Under the pieces are notes generated by a model that saw nothing but the letters and a program-made list of their open reading frames with translations, did no database searches and was not told the origin of the DNA. Below, piece by piece: positions 28,526-40,086 of a stretch of 64,000 bases of DNA (its first letter is position 1; the number at the start of each line of letters is the position of its first letter). The translations under genes and the position numbers were made by a program. This DNA is from Candidatus Poribacteria bacterium. Its GTDB lineage: Bacteria > Poribacteria > WGA-4E > PCPOR2b. The stretch is from NCBI GenBank assembly GCA_965116925.1, contig OZ220744.1:128001-192000 (forward strand), written 5' to 3'.

Positions 28526-30124
28526 TTATAAGGACGCGACCCGACCCTCGCCACGTGGGTCAGTGCCTCCGGACTGGACAGCCGGATTGTCCGCAAGCAC
28601 AATGGCGTGCCCAGGTCCACCAATACCTCCCTGTGGTTCGACCTGATGCCCTCGTCCTCGCAGTGCTTCGAGCACCTCCGTACCGGCGCGCTCTTCAACG
28701 CCAATCGGTTCGGCTCCCTCGTTGTGCACACGAGGTGCGTCTAGGGCTTCTTGGGCGGTCATTTGCAGATCGATGAGGTTCACCGAGATAGTGAGTTGAT
28801 TGTTCGGAATGGTACGACCACCGGGAATACCATAAGTGGCAAAAGGAGCATCGCCCCGCAACGCGAGCATCGGTGCCATGTTGTGCAACGGGCGTTTGCC
28901 GGGAGCGATAGAGTTGGCAAAACCCGGACGCGGATCGAAACGACCCACTCCGTGCCCAAACAGCAATCCCGTCCCCGGTACGGTAAACATTGAGCCAAAC
29001 CCGCCGCCATGCGTCTGTGTGAGACTCACCATGTTCCCACGGCTATCCGCTGTGGAGATGTGGCTGGTACAGTTGAGTGGTTCGTGATATACAACTTTTC
29101 CCGGTTTCGGTGATTCCAGCCCATCTTCCAACTCCGGTGCGAATTTAGCAACGAATGAATCCGAAAGTTCCGCTGAAATATCAATCTCTACAAAATCGGG
29201 ATCCCCGAATCGACTGAGCCGCTCTTGCCAACCGATTTTCATCGCTTCAGCGAGGAGATGGGTTCGCTCAACGAGAGAGGTATCTCCAACCTCGTACCCC
29301 TCGATTAACCGGAGCATCTGCAAGGTGGTCAATCCTCCGGCACCGAGTGGGGCTGTATAGATCTGATATCCTCGGTAACTGATTTCGTACGGTTCAAGCA
29401 CTCTCGGTGTATAACGCTGAAAATCTTCAACGCTCAAGCACCCACCACTCTCTTGGATATAGTCAGCGATTTTTTGTGCAATACCCCCCTGATAGAAGGC
29501 AAGGGCTCCACCCTCGGCGACAGTCTCTAACGTTCGAGCGAGATCAGGGTTTGTAAGCCGTTCACCCGGCTTCGGTGCTCGACCATTCTTCAGGAAAACA
29601 CGCGCTGTCTCTGGAAAATCCTGAAGCCACCGTTCTGCGTTGCCAGCCATGGCACCTCGATTGGCAGTGTTGGGTGCATAGCCATAGCGGGCAGATCTAA
29701 TAGCCGGTTGAATTATCTCGGCGAGTGGCATAGATCCAAATTGTTCAAGTGCCAAACATAAGCCTGCCACCACACCGGGAACACCGACCGCCAAGGGTCC
29801 ATGGAGATTGACTCTCCCCGGCACGCGGTAGCCTGCTGGAGTGTCGGTCTTTTCGATGGTAAACATCTGATCCGACGCTGCAGCGGGTGCCACTGTATTG
29901 TAGTCGATGGCGATAACCTTGCGCTGATCCGCTAGATAGATGACCATGCAGCCACCATACCCCGCTATGCCGTTGTGACACGGTTCAACGACCCCTTCGG
30001 TGAAAGCAGCCGCGACTGCAGCATCCACCGCGTTACCGCCCGATTGAAGAATGTTCAGACCCGCGTTGGCAGTCCTAGGATGAGGGCCAACTACAGTGCC
30101 GTACTTTCGTTGCCGTGGTTGCAT
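28526..30124 (-). CDS. ggt: Gamma-glutamyltransferase
   Basis: GGNAVDAAVA, GVPG, nucleophile CTSHIS, NSIAPGKRP, DPRGEG. Confidence 0.9.
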   Translation of the reverse strand: MQPRQRKYGTVVGPHPRTANAGLNILQSGGNAVDAAVAAAFTEGVVEPCHNGIAGYGGCMVIYLADQRKVIAIDYNTVAPAAASDQMFTIEKTDTPAGYRVPGRVNLHGPLAVGVPGVVAGLCLALEQFGSMPLAEIIQPAIRSARYGYAPNTANRGAMAGNAERWLQDFPETARVFLKNGRAPKPGERLTNPDLARTLETVAEGGALAFYQGGIAQKIADYIQESGGCLSVEDFQRYTPRVLEPYEISYRGYQIYTAPLGAGGLTTLQMLRLIEGYEVGDTSLVERTHLLAEAMKIGWQERLSRFGDPDFVEIDISAELSDSFVAKFAPELEDGLESPKPGKVVYHEPLNCTSHISTADSRGNMVSLTQTHGGGFGSMFTVPGTGLLFGHGVGRFDPRPGFANSIAPGKRPLHNMAPMLALRGDAPFATYGIPGGRTIPNNQLTISVNLIDLQMTAQEALDAPRVHNEGAEPIGVEERAGTEVLEALRGRGHQVEPQGGIGGPGHAIVLADNPAVQSGGTDPRGEGRVASL

Positions 30125-30242
30125 ATAGAAATTTCCTTTCCTCCCGTTCAAATTCGCTTTGGAGTGGGCAAGTTGTGCTGACTTATTAACCTATGGTGCT
30201 AGTTGATGAAGATGTCATTTCCATATCGTTCGAGTATTAAGC

Positions 30243-30354
30243 GTAGGTTGGGTTGAACGACACCGATAAAAAGCACCACACATTACGCTGAGATTGCGGT
30301 GTTAGATGCTGCCCGAAATCGCTTCAATCTAGTGAAACCCAACGCTCAACCCAA
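30243..30354. repeat. GTAG-type REP element
   Basis: GTAGGTTGGGTTGA...TGAAACCCAACGCTCAACCCAA. Confidence 0.6.
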
Positions 30355-30442
30355 TGAACTCACGAACAGGTTTTTCACGTTTCACGCATCACGTTTCACG
30401 CTTTATCTCTGATGGAAGAGCGTATCAACAGTTGAAAACTTA

Positions 30443-31444
30443 TTAATCTCTCTCGAATTCAGACATCTGAACCGGTGCATTCCGTTCAGCACTCAGTTTA
30501 GCCGCCTCAATCACCGCCATCGAATGACGCACAGAGTGCCCACTCGCATCAGGTTCGCGACCTTCAAGGCAGCAGGTCGCAAACTCCCGAATCTGGTTGG
30601 GCATCCCCTCTCGGCTCGATCCTTCTACCGACACCTCCTGCCCATTGACGGTCAACCTGTCACCTGACAGCATCATCGAGCCTTCGCTTCCAACAATATA
30701 CTGATCATGAGCACTGGTATGAGAGACAACCGTTTGCGACAGTACGCTCACCGCACCATTTTCATGGGTCATCATGGCGGTATACGAGTCCTTTTGGCCT
30801 CGGTACAGATCGGTGCTCTCTGACCCTTGGGCGTAGACCTGTGTTACAGGTGAATTAAGATACCAGTGCAGGATGTCGTATTCGTGCGGTCCAAAGCAGT
30901 AGAGGACGCAGATTCCCCCCATCTCCAGATCGAGATACCAATGTCGAGAGTCGCTCCCCGCTGGCGTTGGGTTGAAATAGCTATACCGCCGCCGTATCAG
31001 GTGTCCCACCTGCCCGATTTCTCCATCAGCAATCATTTTCCGTATTGCACGGCTTACTGGGTAGTAGCGCATCACTTGGCCCACCATCAAAATTTTCCCA
31101 GTTCGATCGCAAGCATCAATCATCCGGTCACAATCTGCAAGCGTCAACGCCATCGGCTTTTCCACCAATACATGTTTTCCCGCTTCTGCAGCGGCAACCA
31201 CCTGATCAGCGTGTAAAGCGTGAGGTGTACAGACATGCACCGCCTCCACCCGTGCATCGTCTAAAAGCGGCTCAAGGTCTGTATAGGCACTAGCACCAAA
31301 ATCTGCCGCCGCTGCACCCACTCGATCAGCGTCTACATCCATAACCGCAGCTAACTGGATGTTGTCATTTGCTTCGATTGCGTTCATATGTGATCGGGCA
31401 ATACCTCCTGCACCGATGACTCCTACCGATAGTACGTCGCTCAT
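30443..31444 (-). CDS. Gfo/Idh/MocA family oxidoreductase
   Basis: GVIGAGGIA, VEKPMA. Confidence 0.9.
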   Translation of the reverse strand: MSDVLSVGVIGAGGIARSHMNAIEANDNIQLAAVMDVDADRVGAAAADFGASAYTDLEPLLDDARVEAVHVCTPHALHADQVVAAAEAGKHVLVEKPMALTLADCDRMIDACDRTGKILMVGQVMRYYPVSRAIRKMIADGEIGQVGHLIRRRYSYFNPTPAGSDSRHWYLDLEMGGICVLYCFGPHEYDILHWYLNSPVTQVYAQGSESTDLYRGQKDSYTAMMTHENGAVSVLSQTVVSHTSAHDQYIVGSEGSMMLSGDRLTVNGQEVSVEGSSREGMPNQIREFATCCLEGREPDASGHSVRHSMAVIEAAKLSAERNAPVQMSEFERD

Positions 31445-31665
31445 ACGCTATCTCCCCAGCTAAAATCTTTCTATTGACAAACCTACGTCCAAAGGTTGGA
31501 ATAGAACTCATTATACAGATATATACCCCCGCGTCAATCAAAAAATAGTGCTGACATTTTGCCAAATCACTTTCCACTGGATCTCCCTCACAAAATCGTC
31601 TATAATGTTGTTGACCGACAAAAATCTCAAAATTCATCGACTATAAACAATTAGGAGGAATCGTA

Positions 31666-32487
31666 ATGGTAAACGGATACTTGACAGAGGAACAACGCAA
31701 CCACTGGGATGACCAAGGCTATCTCATTGTAAAACAGGTGTTGTCCCCCGAAGAGGTTCGCACACTGTTGGGGGCTGTCGATACAGTTATTGAAGACTAC
31801 GTCCGGGAAACGGATGGTCCAGATGCTCCTCAGTTTGGTCGAGGTGCTTTCACCATCATTCGAGCGATCGAAAGAACGGATGCGCTAGATGTCTTAACAG
31901 ATCACCCCAACATTTTCGGAACGATTCTTGCCTTAATGGGACCCTACCTCCAGATCATGGGAACGCAGATCTACACGCGACACCCCAGCGATGACCCTTT
32001 ACTCGGTTTCCATACGGACGCTGGACCCTCACTGCAGCAGATCCACCCGCACCCCCAAAGCCTCCCGCTACAATTCAAGGTTCAGTTCTTCCTGACCGAT
32101 GTATCAAAGCCGGACAGCGCGAATTTCATGCTAGTGCCGGGCAGTCAGCAAAAACCTTTCCCGGAGCACCCGGAACCCGGATTTATTCCAGAGGGAGCAA
32201 TCCAAGTGCTCGCCGATCCGGGCGATGCCGTCATCTTTCCATGGGCGCAATGGCACTCAGTCGGACCGAATAAAACCGATCGGATTCGGAAAAGCGTCAC
32301 CTTCCGTTACGGTCAGATGTGGAGCCGACCCTACGACTACGAAACGCTTCCGCCGCATGTGCTAGAGCGGATGACACCGCGCCGGCAGCGTTTATTCGGA
32401 TACATGGGCGAAGATTATCATCCGACCGATTACTTCAAACCACATGATCAATTGGAAGTAATCCTTGGTGATGAGTGGAAACTGTAG
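31666..32487 (+). CDS. Phytanoyl-CoA dioxygenase (PhyH) family Fe/2OG enzyme
   Basis: FHTD (HxD), VPGS, GD.VIF...WH, R.S; AGGAGG RBS. Confidence 0.88.
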   Translation: MVNGYLTEEQRNHWDDQGYLIVKQVLSPEEVRTLLGAVDTVIEDYVRETDGPDAPQFGRGAFTIIRAIERTDALDVLTDHPNIFGTILALMGPYLQIMGTQIYTRHPSDDPLLGFHTDAGPSLQQIHPHPQSLPLQFKVQFFLTDVSKPDSANFMLVPGSQQKPFPEHPEPGFIPEGAIQVLADPGDAVIFPWAQWHSVGPNKTDRIRKSVTFRYGQMWSRPYDYETLPPHVLERMTPRRQRLFGYMGEDYHPTDYFKPHDQLEVILGDEWKL

Positions 32488-32650
32488 CCGTGAAACGTGA
32501 AACGTGATAGAAAGAAGAGGGGGATGGAAGGATGGCTGGAAAAAAAGAGATGGACAGCATTGTAGTGTTTCTAGCGGAAGGTTGGAACATTGGGTTTCCA
32601 TCCTTGCCGCCTTCCACTCTTCCAACCATTTATGTGAGAAAGGGCAAAAT

Positions 32651-33409
32651 ATGGTTGATTTACAGGGCAAGGTCGCTTTAATCACCGGCTCCTCGCGCGG
32701 AATTGGGCGGGGGTGTGCAATCGAGATGGCGACGTGCGGCGCGGATATTGTCATTAACTACCGAACCCATCCCGATGAAGCGGAAGAGGTCGCTGAAATC
32801 ATCCGAGGGCTTGGGCGCAATGCCATCACTGTTGGTGCTGACATTGCCGATCGAGACGCTGTCGAGACAATGGTGCAGCAGGGGATCGATCAGTTTGGAA
32901 AAATAGACATCCTTGTGAATAATGCGGCGATGAGCATTCGCAAGCCGTTTCTGGAGATCCCCGTTGTTGATGTGTCACGAACAATTGATGTCTGTATGTG
33001 GGGAGTGTTTCATTGCAGCCAAGTTGCTGCGCGCCACATGGTAGAGCGCGGCGAAGGCGGAAAAATCCTGATTATCAGTTCCGTTCACGCCTTTATTCCC
33101 TTTGCGCGTTCTGTTGCGTACAATACCGCAAAAGCAGGCATCAACCACATGGGATACACGATGGCGACAGAACTCACCGAGCATCGTATCAATGTCAACG
33201 TCATTGAGCCCGGGTGGACTGACACACCGGGCGAGCGAAACTTTGCAACAGAGGAGGAACTGAGAGAAGGCGGCGAAAAACTGCCGTGGGGCAGACTGGG
33301 AACAATTGAGGACATCGGAAAAGCAGCAGCGTTTCTCTGCTCCGATGCAGCGGACTATATTACAGGTGCCTGTTTACGGGTGGATGGCGGCTTTTGGCTG
33401 CCGAGGTAA
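32651..33409 (+). CDS. SDR family oxidoreductase (glucose 1-dehydrogenase-like)
   Basis: TGSSRGIG, NNA, SSVH, YNTAK, PGW.DTPGE. Confidence 0.9.
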   Translation: MVDLQGKVALITGSSRGIGRGCAIEMATCGADIVINYRTHPDEAEEVAEIIRGLGRNAITVGADIADRDAVETMVQQGIDQFGKIDILVNNAAMSIRKPFLEIPVVDVSRTIDVCMWGVFHCSQVAARHMVERGEGGKILIISSVHAFIPFARSVAYNTAKAGINHMGYTMATELTEHRINVNVIEPGWTDTPGERNFATEEELREGGEKLPWGRLGTIEDIGKAAAFLCSDAADYITGACLRVDGGFWLPR

Positions 33410-33502
33410 CACGACATACACAACTACTTATGATGTCTGAAGGAAAAATTACTTGCGCTTACGTCGGTCAGATGCTATATTTGCGTATGAGGAGGGACTT
33501 CA

Positions 33503-33778
33503 ATGAAAAAAAAACGAATCCGAACAACAATTGATATTCCAATTGAACTCTCGGAAAGGGTCAATAAAGCACTTCACAAAAAGTGTGCACCAAGTCGCAA
33601 TGCCCTGTTAATTCAAGCATTACAGCGGTATTTGGAATACTTGGAACAGGAAGAAATTGATGTACAGATTGCCCAGATGGCAGCAGATTCAGAATATCAG
33701 GAACTCCATGACCAATTGGCTAAAGAATATGAACCAGCTGGTTGGGAAGCTCTACGGCTAGATGAGGAGGGTTCATGA
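33503..33778 (+). CDS. Ribbon-helix-helix antitoxin
   Basis: RTTIDIP.EL...V......SRN.L...AL; ATGA overlap with the downstream toxin; TTGCGC-17-TATATT upstream. Confidence 0.75.
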   Translation: MKKKRIRTTIDIPIELSERVNKALHKKCAPSRNALLIQALQRYLEYLEQEEIDVQIAQMAADSEYQELHDQLAKEYEPAGWEALRLDEEGS

Positions 33779-33957
33779 ACCGTGGCGATGTGTATCAAGT
33801 TCGTTTTGATCCGATTGAAGGTTCTGAGCAAAGCGGTACGCGACCTGCCGTGATTGTAACTCGCAATGCTATTAATCAATCCAGTTCAGTGGTCATGGTT
33901 ACACCGTCGAAAAATCTTCGGGATTACTTACTAGCTTGTCGGAAGAAAGCAGCTTAA
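33775..33957 (+). pseudogene. Truncated PemK/MazF toxin
   Basis: MNRGDVYQVRFDPIEGSEQSGTRPAVIV...VVMVTP matches the MazF N-half, then diverges and stops at 60 aa. Confidence 0.8.
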
Positions 33958-34060
33958 TCAAATTTTTCTCTTGACTTTCTCGTGCAATCGTTGTAACATT
34001 AAATTGGAAATTCTGTAATAATTCTAAAGAGAGAATAAACGCTATCTGAGAATTGTATAA

Positions 34061-34149
34061 ATATGTTGGGGTGCGCTCCGATTTGGCCCGGAGCACTGAG
34101 AATATACCCTTTGGACCTGATCTGGATAATACCAGCGTAGGGAAATATG
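34061..34149 (+). ncRNA. TPP (THI-box) riboswitch aptamer
   Basis: GGGGTG...CTGAGA.TATACCCT..GGACCTGATCTGGATAATACCAGCGTAGGGAA directly upstream of thiC. Confidence 0.95.
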
Positions 34150-34197
34150 AGTTGCAGAGTAGAGAGCAGCATTCGTTGTACCTGACTTTGCATGTCG

Positions 34198-34233
34198 AGC
34201 CGTTTTCCTTATGCAGGGAAACGGTTTTTTTTT
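34198..34233 (+). terminator. Riboswitch expression-platform terminator
   Basis: AGCCGTTTTCC-ttatgca-GGGAAACGGTT followed by a T run, between the aptamer and the thiC RBS. Confidence 0.7.
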
Positions 34234-34254
34234 CGACGTTTGCTTGTCGCATAG

Positions 34255-36183
<1,929 letters not shown>

Positions 36184-36220
36184 AAAAATAGAAGGGACAA
36201 ACACTTGTTTGCCCGCACTT

Positions 36221-36268
36221 GTCGAAAAGCCGTTTTCCTCCGGGCAACATGGGAAAACGGCTTTTTTC
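36221..36268 (+). terminator. Terminator-like hairpin after thiC
   Basis: AAAAGCCGTTTTCC...GGAAAACGGCTTTTTT; same sequence family as 34194-34237. Confidence 0.7.
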
Positions 36269-36395
36269 ATTCCTTGAGCCTAGGACTGCCGTACTTCGGT
36301 GATTGTAGTTTACGACAGGCTAATCAGTATCAAGTCAGATTACGCTATCACGCATTACGTTTTAGATTTCACGTTTCACGCAAGGAGACACAATT

Positions 36396-37493
36396 ATGTC
36401 TAAAACCTATCGTGCAGGACTCGTTGGCTGCGGCGGCATGGGCCGTCACCATCTTCAAGTCCTCAATGAGTTACCCGAATTTGAGCTCGTCGCGCTCTGC
36501 GATATTTTTCCCGATGCCGTCAATAAATCGGGCGACGAATATGGCGTCGAAGCACGTTACCTTGATTTTGACCAGATGTACGACGAAGCCAATTTAGACC
36601 TCGTCACCGTCGCCACGCAGACACGAGGCCATCATGGACCAGCAGTAGCGGCACTGCAGCGCGGAATTTCCGTCTTATGTGAGAAACCGATTGCGATTGA
36701 CCTTGTCGAAGCGGATGATATGGTTGCCGCCTCGGAGAGGTCCGGTGCGAAGTTCGCCATCCACCAGCAGAACCACGTCAACCCCGGCATCCGTAAAGCA
36801 CAGGCAATGGTGGAGGAAGGAGTCATTGGCGACGTTATTTTGGTCCGAGGGAGAAACAAAGCCGGACGCAAGAGTGGAAACGAGTTCATGGAGATGGGAA
36901 CGCACGTCGCGGACATGATGCTCTGCTTCGGCGGAGTTCCAGAGTGGTGTTCGGGAACCGTTTACAACGACAACCAACCCGCCGGACCGACGGACATTAT
37001 GGAGGCGCAGGAAATGTCTCCGCGAGATCGGGACTCTGGATTGGTGATGGGGACACGTGCAATCGCTCACTACGGTTTCCAAGGCGGTATCTGGGGTGAG
37101 ACACACTTTATCAACTATGCCAAGACGATGAGCGAGAATTACGGTGTGGATGTTCTCGGAACGGAAGGACAGTTGGCGGTACGTGCATCGGCAAACGTGC
37201 AGGACAACCTGTGGCACCTGCCGCGTCCGATGGAAGGCGCGCCAGCACAGTTCTCAGATTGGCAGCAGGTAGACTTGTCAGATGTCGGTCTTGAGGAGCC
37301 AATCGTCACCATGTACCGACGGCTGATTCATGCCATCGAAACAGACACACAGCCCCCAAGTAGCGGTGAGGAGGGACGTTGGGCATTTGAAATGATGATG
37401 GCGATCTATCAATCGCACCGTGAAGGTGGACGCCGCGTTGAATTGCCGCTCGCCGATCGCCGGCACCCACTGGAACAATGGCGTGGGGCGTGA
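36396..37493 (+). CDS. Gfo/Idh/MocA family oxidoreductase
   Basis: GLVGCGGMG, CEKP, MGTH..D. Confidence 0.9.
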   Translation: MSKTYRAGLVGCGGMGRHHLQVLNELPEFELVALCDIFPDAVNKSGDEYGVEARYLDFDQMYDEANLDLVTVATQTRGHHGPAVAALQRGISVLCEKPIAIDLVEADDMVAASERSGAKFAIHQQNHVNPGIRKAQAMVEEGVIGDVILVRGRNKAGRKSGNEFMEMGTHVADMMLCFGGVPEWCSGTVYNDNQPAGPTDIMEAQEMSPRDRDSGLVMGTRAIAHYGFQGGIWGETHFINYAKTMSENYGVDVLGTEGQLAVRASANVQDNLWHLPRPMEGAPAQFSDWQQVDLSDVGLEEPIVTMYRRLIHAIETDTQPPSSGEEGRWAFEMMMAIYQSHREGGRRVELPLADRRHPLEQWRGA

Positions 37494-37503
37494 TACGTAA
37501 TAT

Positions 37504-37532
37504 AGTAGTAGGCATACTCCGTATGCCGTAAC
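37504..37532. repeat. 29-bp GTAG-REP hairpin, repeated directly at 38681-38709
   Basis: AGTAGTAGGCATACT(C/T)CGTATGCCGTAAC, one mismatch between the copies. Confidence 0.8.
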
Positions 37533-37562
37533 TTTCGTAAGAATAGCAATAGAAAGGATTCA

Positions 37563-38681
37563 ATGAAAATTGACCGACTATCACAGACTGATGGTGTGTG
37601 GAAGATTTCGCTTTCGATCGAAGACAAGGGAGATGTGAGTCGCCTCTGGATCCACGAATACCAAATGCGATTCGGGACAGCACAACTCAAGCTGGGCGGC
37701 ATCGCCGGCGTTGGCACGAATGAGGAGCATCGCAACAAAGGATATTCTCGGCGTGTCATGGAGGACTCTACAGCGTTCATGACAGAGAACGGATTTGATG
37801 TCGCCATGCTGTTCGGTATCCCGGACTTCTATCCTAAATTCGGCTATGCAACAGTGCTACCGGAAACGTGGGCGGAACTTGATACAGAGGAAGCACAAGC
37901 GGCTGTCTCCACATATCAGATCCGAAAATTTGAGACGGAGGACGCGCCGAAAATATTGGCACTCTACGCAGCGAACAACGCCGAGCGCACAGGGACACCT
38001 TTGAGGGATGAGGCCCGTTGGAAAAAATTCAAGATGGGGAGTAACTTTGGTATTGATGCTGACCCTTTCGTTGTCCTGAACGAAACCGATGAGGTAATCG
38101 GCTATTTCGTCTGTGATGATACAAAGGAAAAATGTATCCTTTGCGATATTGGATTCCAGAACAGAACGATTTTTGAGACGATTATCCGCTTTCTTAGTGA
38201 TCGCGCCAAACACATTGGGGCAGCGCAAATTGAATGCTCAATGCCCGCTGACCACCCATTCGCTATCTTCTGCCGTCGCTATGGCTGCCGGACAAATATC
38301 CAGAACCCAAAGAATCGTGGGGGCATGATGCGGATTATCAACCAATCCAGCACCTTAAAAGCGATTACCGGTGAATTGGAAAAACGCCTACGCCGTTCTG
38401 CCCATCTCTCACAGTGGAGTGGAAAAATTCTAATCGCGACGGATTTAGGACAGGACTGCTTGGGCATTGATCGGGGACGTGTTACATACACCAGCAGTAA
38501 GGCGAATGCCTTCCACCTTGAGATCCCGCAGAACAAGCTGATTCAGCTGATGATGGGGCGGCGAAGTATCGAAGATCTTGCCATCGAACCCGATGTTTCC
38601 GTGACTGGAGGAATTATTCCTGTTCTGGAAACCCTCTTTCCGCTCGACTATCCACACGTCTGGTGGCCCGACCGATTTTAA
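37563..38681 (+). CDS. Eis-like GNAT acetyltransferase
   Basis: GGIAGVGT.EEHRNKGY, LFGIPDFY.KFGY, and a C-terminal SCP2-like region. Confidence 0.8.
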   Translation: MKIDRLSQTDGVWKISLSIEDKGDVSRLWIHEYQMRFGTAQLKLGGIAGVGTNEEHRNKGYSRRVMEDSTAFMTENGFDVAMLFGIPDFYPKFGYATVLPETWAELDTEEAQAAVSTYQIRKFETEDAPKILALYAANNAERTGTPLRDEARWKKFKMGSNFGIDADPFVVLNETDEVIGYFVCDDTKEKCILCDIGFQNRTIFETIIRFLSDRAKHIGAAQIECSMPADHPFAIFCRRYGCRTNIQNPKNRGGMMRIINQSSTLKAITGELEKRLRRSAHLSQWSGKILIATDLGQDCLGIDRGRVTYTSSKANAFHLEIPQNKLIQLMMGRRSIEDLAIEPDVSVTGGIIPVLETLFPLDYPHVWWPDRF

Positions 38682-38953
38682 GTAGTAGGCATACTTCGTA
38701 TGCCGTAACCCTTGTGCAAACTACGTCACAGTACAACGTACGTACCACTATTGTGCTAATGAAACAACCTAGCCCCAGCGGGGCGACATGTGTATAGAAT
38801 TAGGCATAAACCACCAGAGTCGTGATTTGGAAGGTGCGCTTCCTGCGGCATGTTTTGTGTAGGAGAGAATTCCGATTCCCGCCTATTGCGTCAATCTCTG
38901 ACGCTTGGCTTATCAACTAGCAACTTGCATTAACAGACGAAAGGAGCTCCATC

Positions 38954-40045
38954 TTGCCAACTAAAAAATACAGAGTCGCCATCGTCGGAGGCGCGGGGAC
39001 TTGGGGACGTTTCTATCTACGCGCTTACGCCAGCCATCCAGACTGCGAAATTGTCGCACTGGTAGACCGTGCCCGGGACAGGCGCGATGCCTTCGCTGAC
39101 CGTTATGGCATCAAAACCGTCTTTGATACCGTAGATGAGCTCTTTGCGGTAGAGGTGCCCGACATCGTCTCAATTATTCTGCCCGTCAGTCATAATCCTG
39201 AGACAGTAATCGCCTGCGCCGAAGCCGGTGTCAAGGCTGTGTCGTGTGAAAAACCGATAGCCGTTGAACTATCGCAGGCAGATGAGATGGTACGTGTCTG
39301 CCGGGAACGTGGGACTGCCTTTGGCTGCGGAACCGGCTACTGGGACGCGCCCTATCTTCTGGAAACCGCCGATTGGATCCGTGTGGGCAATATCGGTCAG
39401 TTGACCGGTGCCGCGATTCCCGGCGGACTGCCGACAGAGGTATCGGGTGGAGGGTGCGTTCAGCTGACTATCATGCGGCTGCTTACCGGTATGGAGGTCG
39501 AATGGGCGGAAGGATGGGCGTTACCACCGCAAGCTGGCTGGATGCCTCCAGTCGATTTTGCAGCGGTGGAGACAGATTCCCCTGCTTACGGTCGCTTGGG
39601 ATTATCAGGCGGAGTCGTCTGCGAAATTGTCAAACCCCCAACAGAGCAGAAAGGGTTCTGCCCCGCTTCGGTTACCGGTGAGAATGGGCGGGTATGGACG
39701 AGCTCTCCCAAACCAATCCTTATCCAAGGACAGGGGGCTGCGTCAACGCCAGTCCAGCCGGAATTTCTGGATAGCCCCCGAAAAGACGGATTTACATCAG
39801 CCATTGAACGGCTCATGCAGGCAGTAGATACCGGTGAAGATGCCGTTTGCAGTGGACACGACTACCGCCAAGCACTCGAAATCGCGATCGCCCTAAAACA
39901 GTCCGCCCACCATGGACATGGACGGATTCCTCTGCCGTTAGAGGATCGCTCCCTCAAAATCTATCCCCATCCCTACCGCTTGAAGGGTGGCGATGTGGCG
40001 GGCTGGCAGAGTATTGGCTATACCGGACCGCCAGAGGTCGCGTAG
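38954..40045 (+). CDS. Gfo/Idh/MocA family oxidoreductase
   Basis: AIVGGAGTWG, CEKP; TTG start after AAGGAG. Confidence 0.85.
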   Translation: MPTKKYRVAIVGGAGTWGRFYLRAYASHPDCEIVALVDRARDRRDAFADRYGIKTVFDTVDELFAVEVPDIVSIILPVSHNPETVIACAEAGVKAVSCEKPIAVELSQADEMVRVCRERGTAFGCGTGYWDAPYLLETADWIRVGNIGQLTGAAIPGGLPTEVSGGGCVQLTIMRLLTGMEVEWAEGWALPPQAGWMPPVDFAAVETDSPAYGRLGLSGGVVCEIVKPPTEQKGFCPASVTGENGRVWTSSPKPILIQGQGAASTPVQPEFLDSPRKDGFTSAIERLMQAVDTGEDAVCSGHDYRQALEIAIALKQSAHHGHGRIPLPLEDRSLKIYPHPYRLKGGDVAGWQSIGYTGPPEVA

Positions 40046-40086
40046 AATTTAAAAAAAATGAAGGTTCATCCTTTTTACCAAATGAT

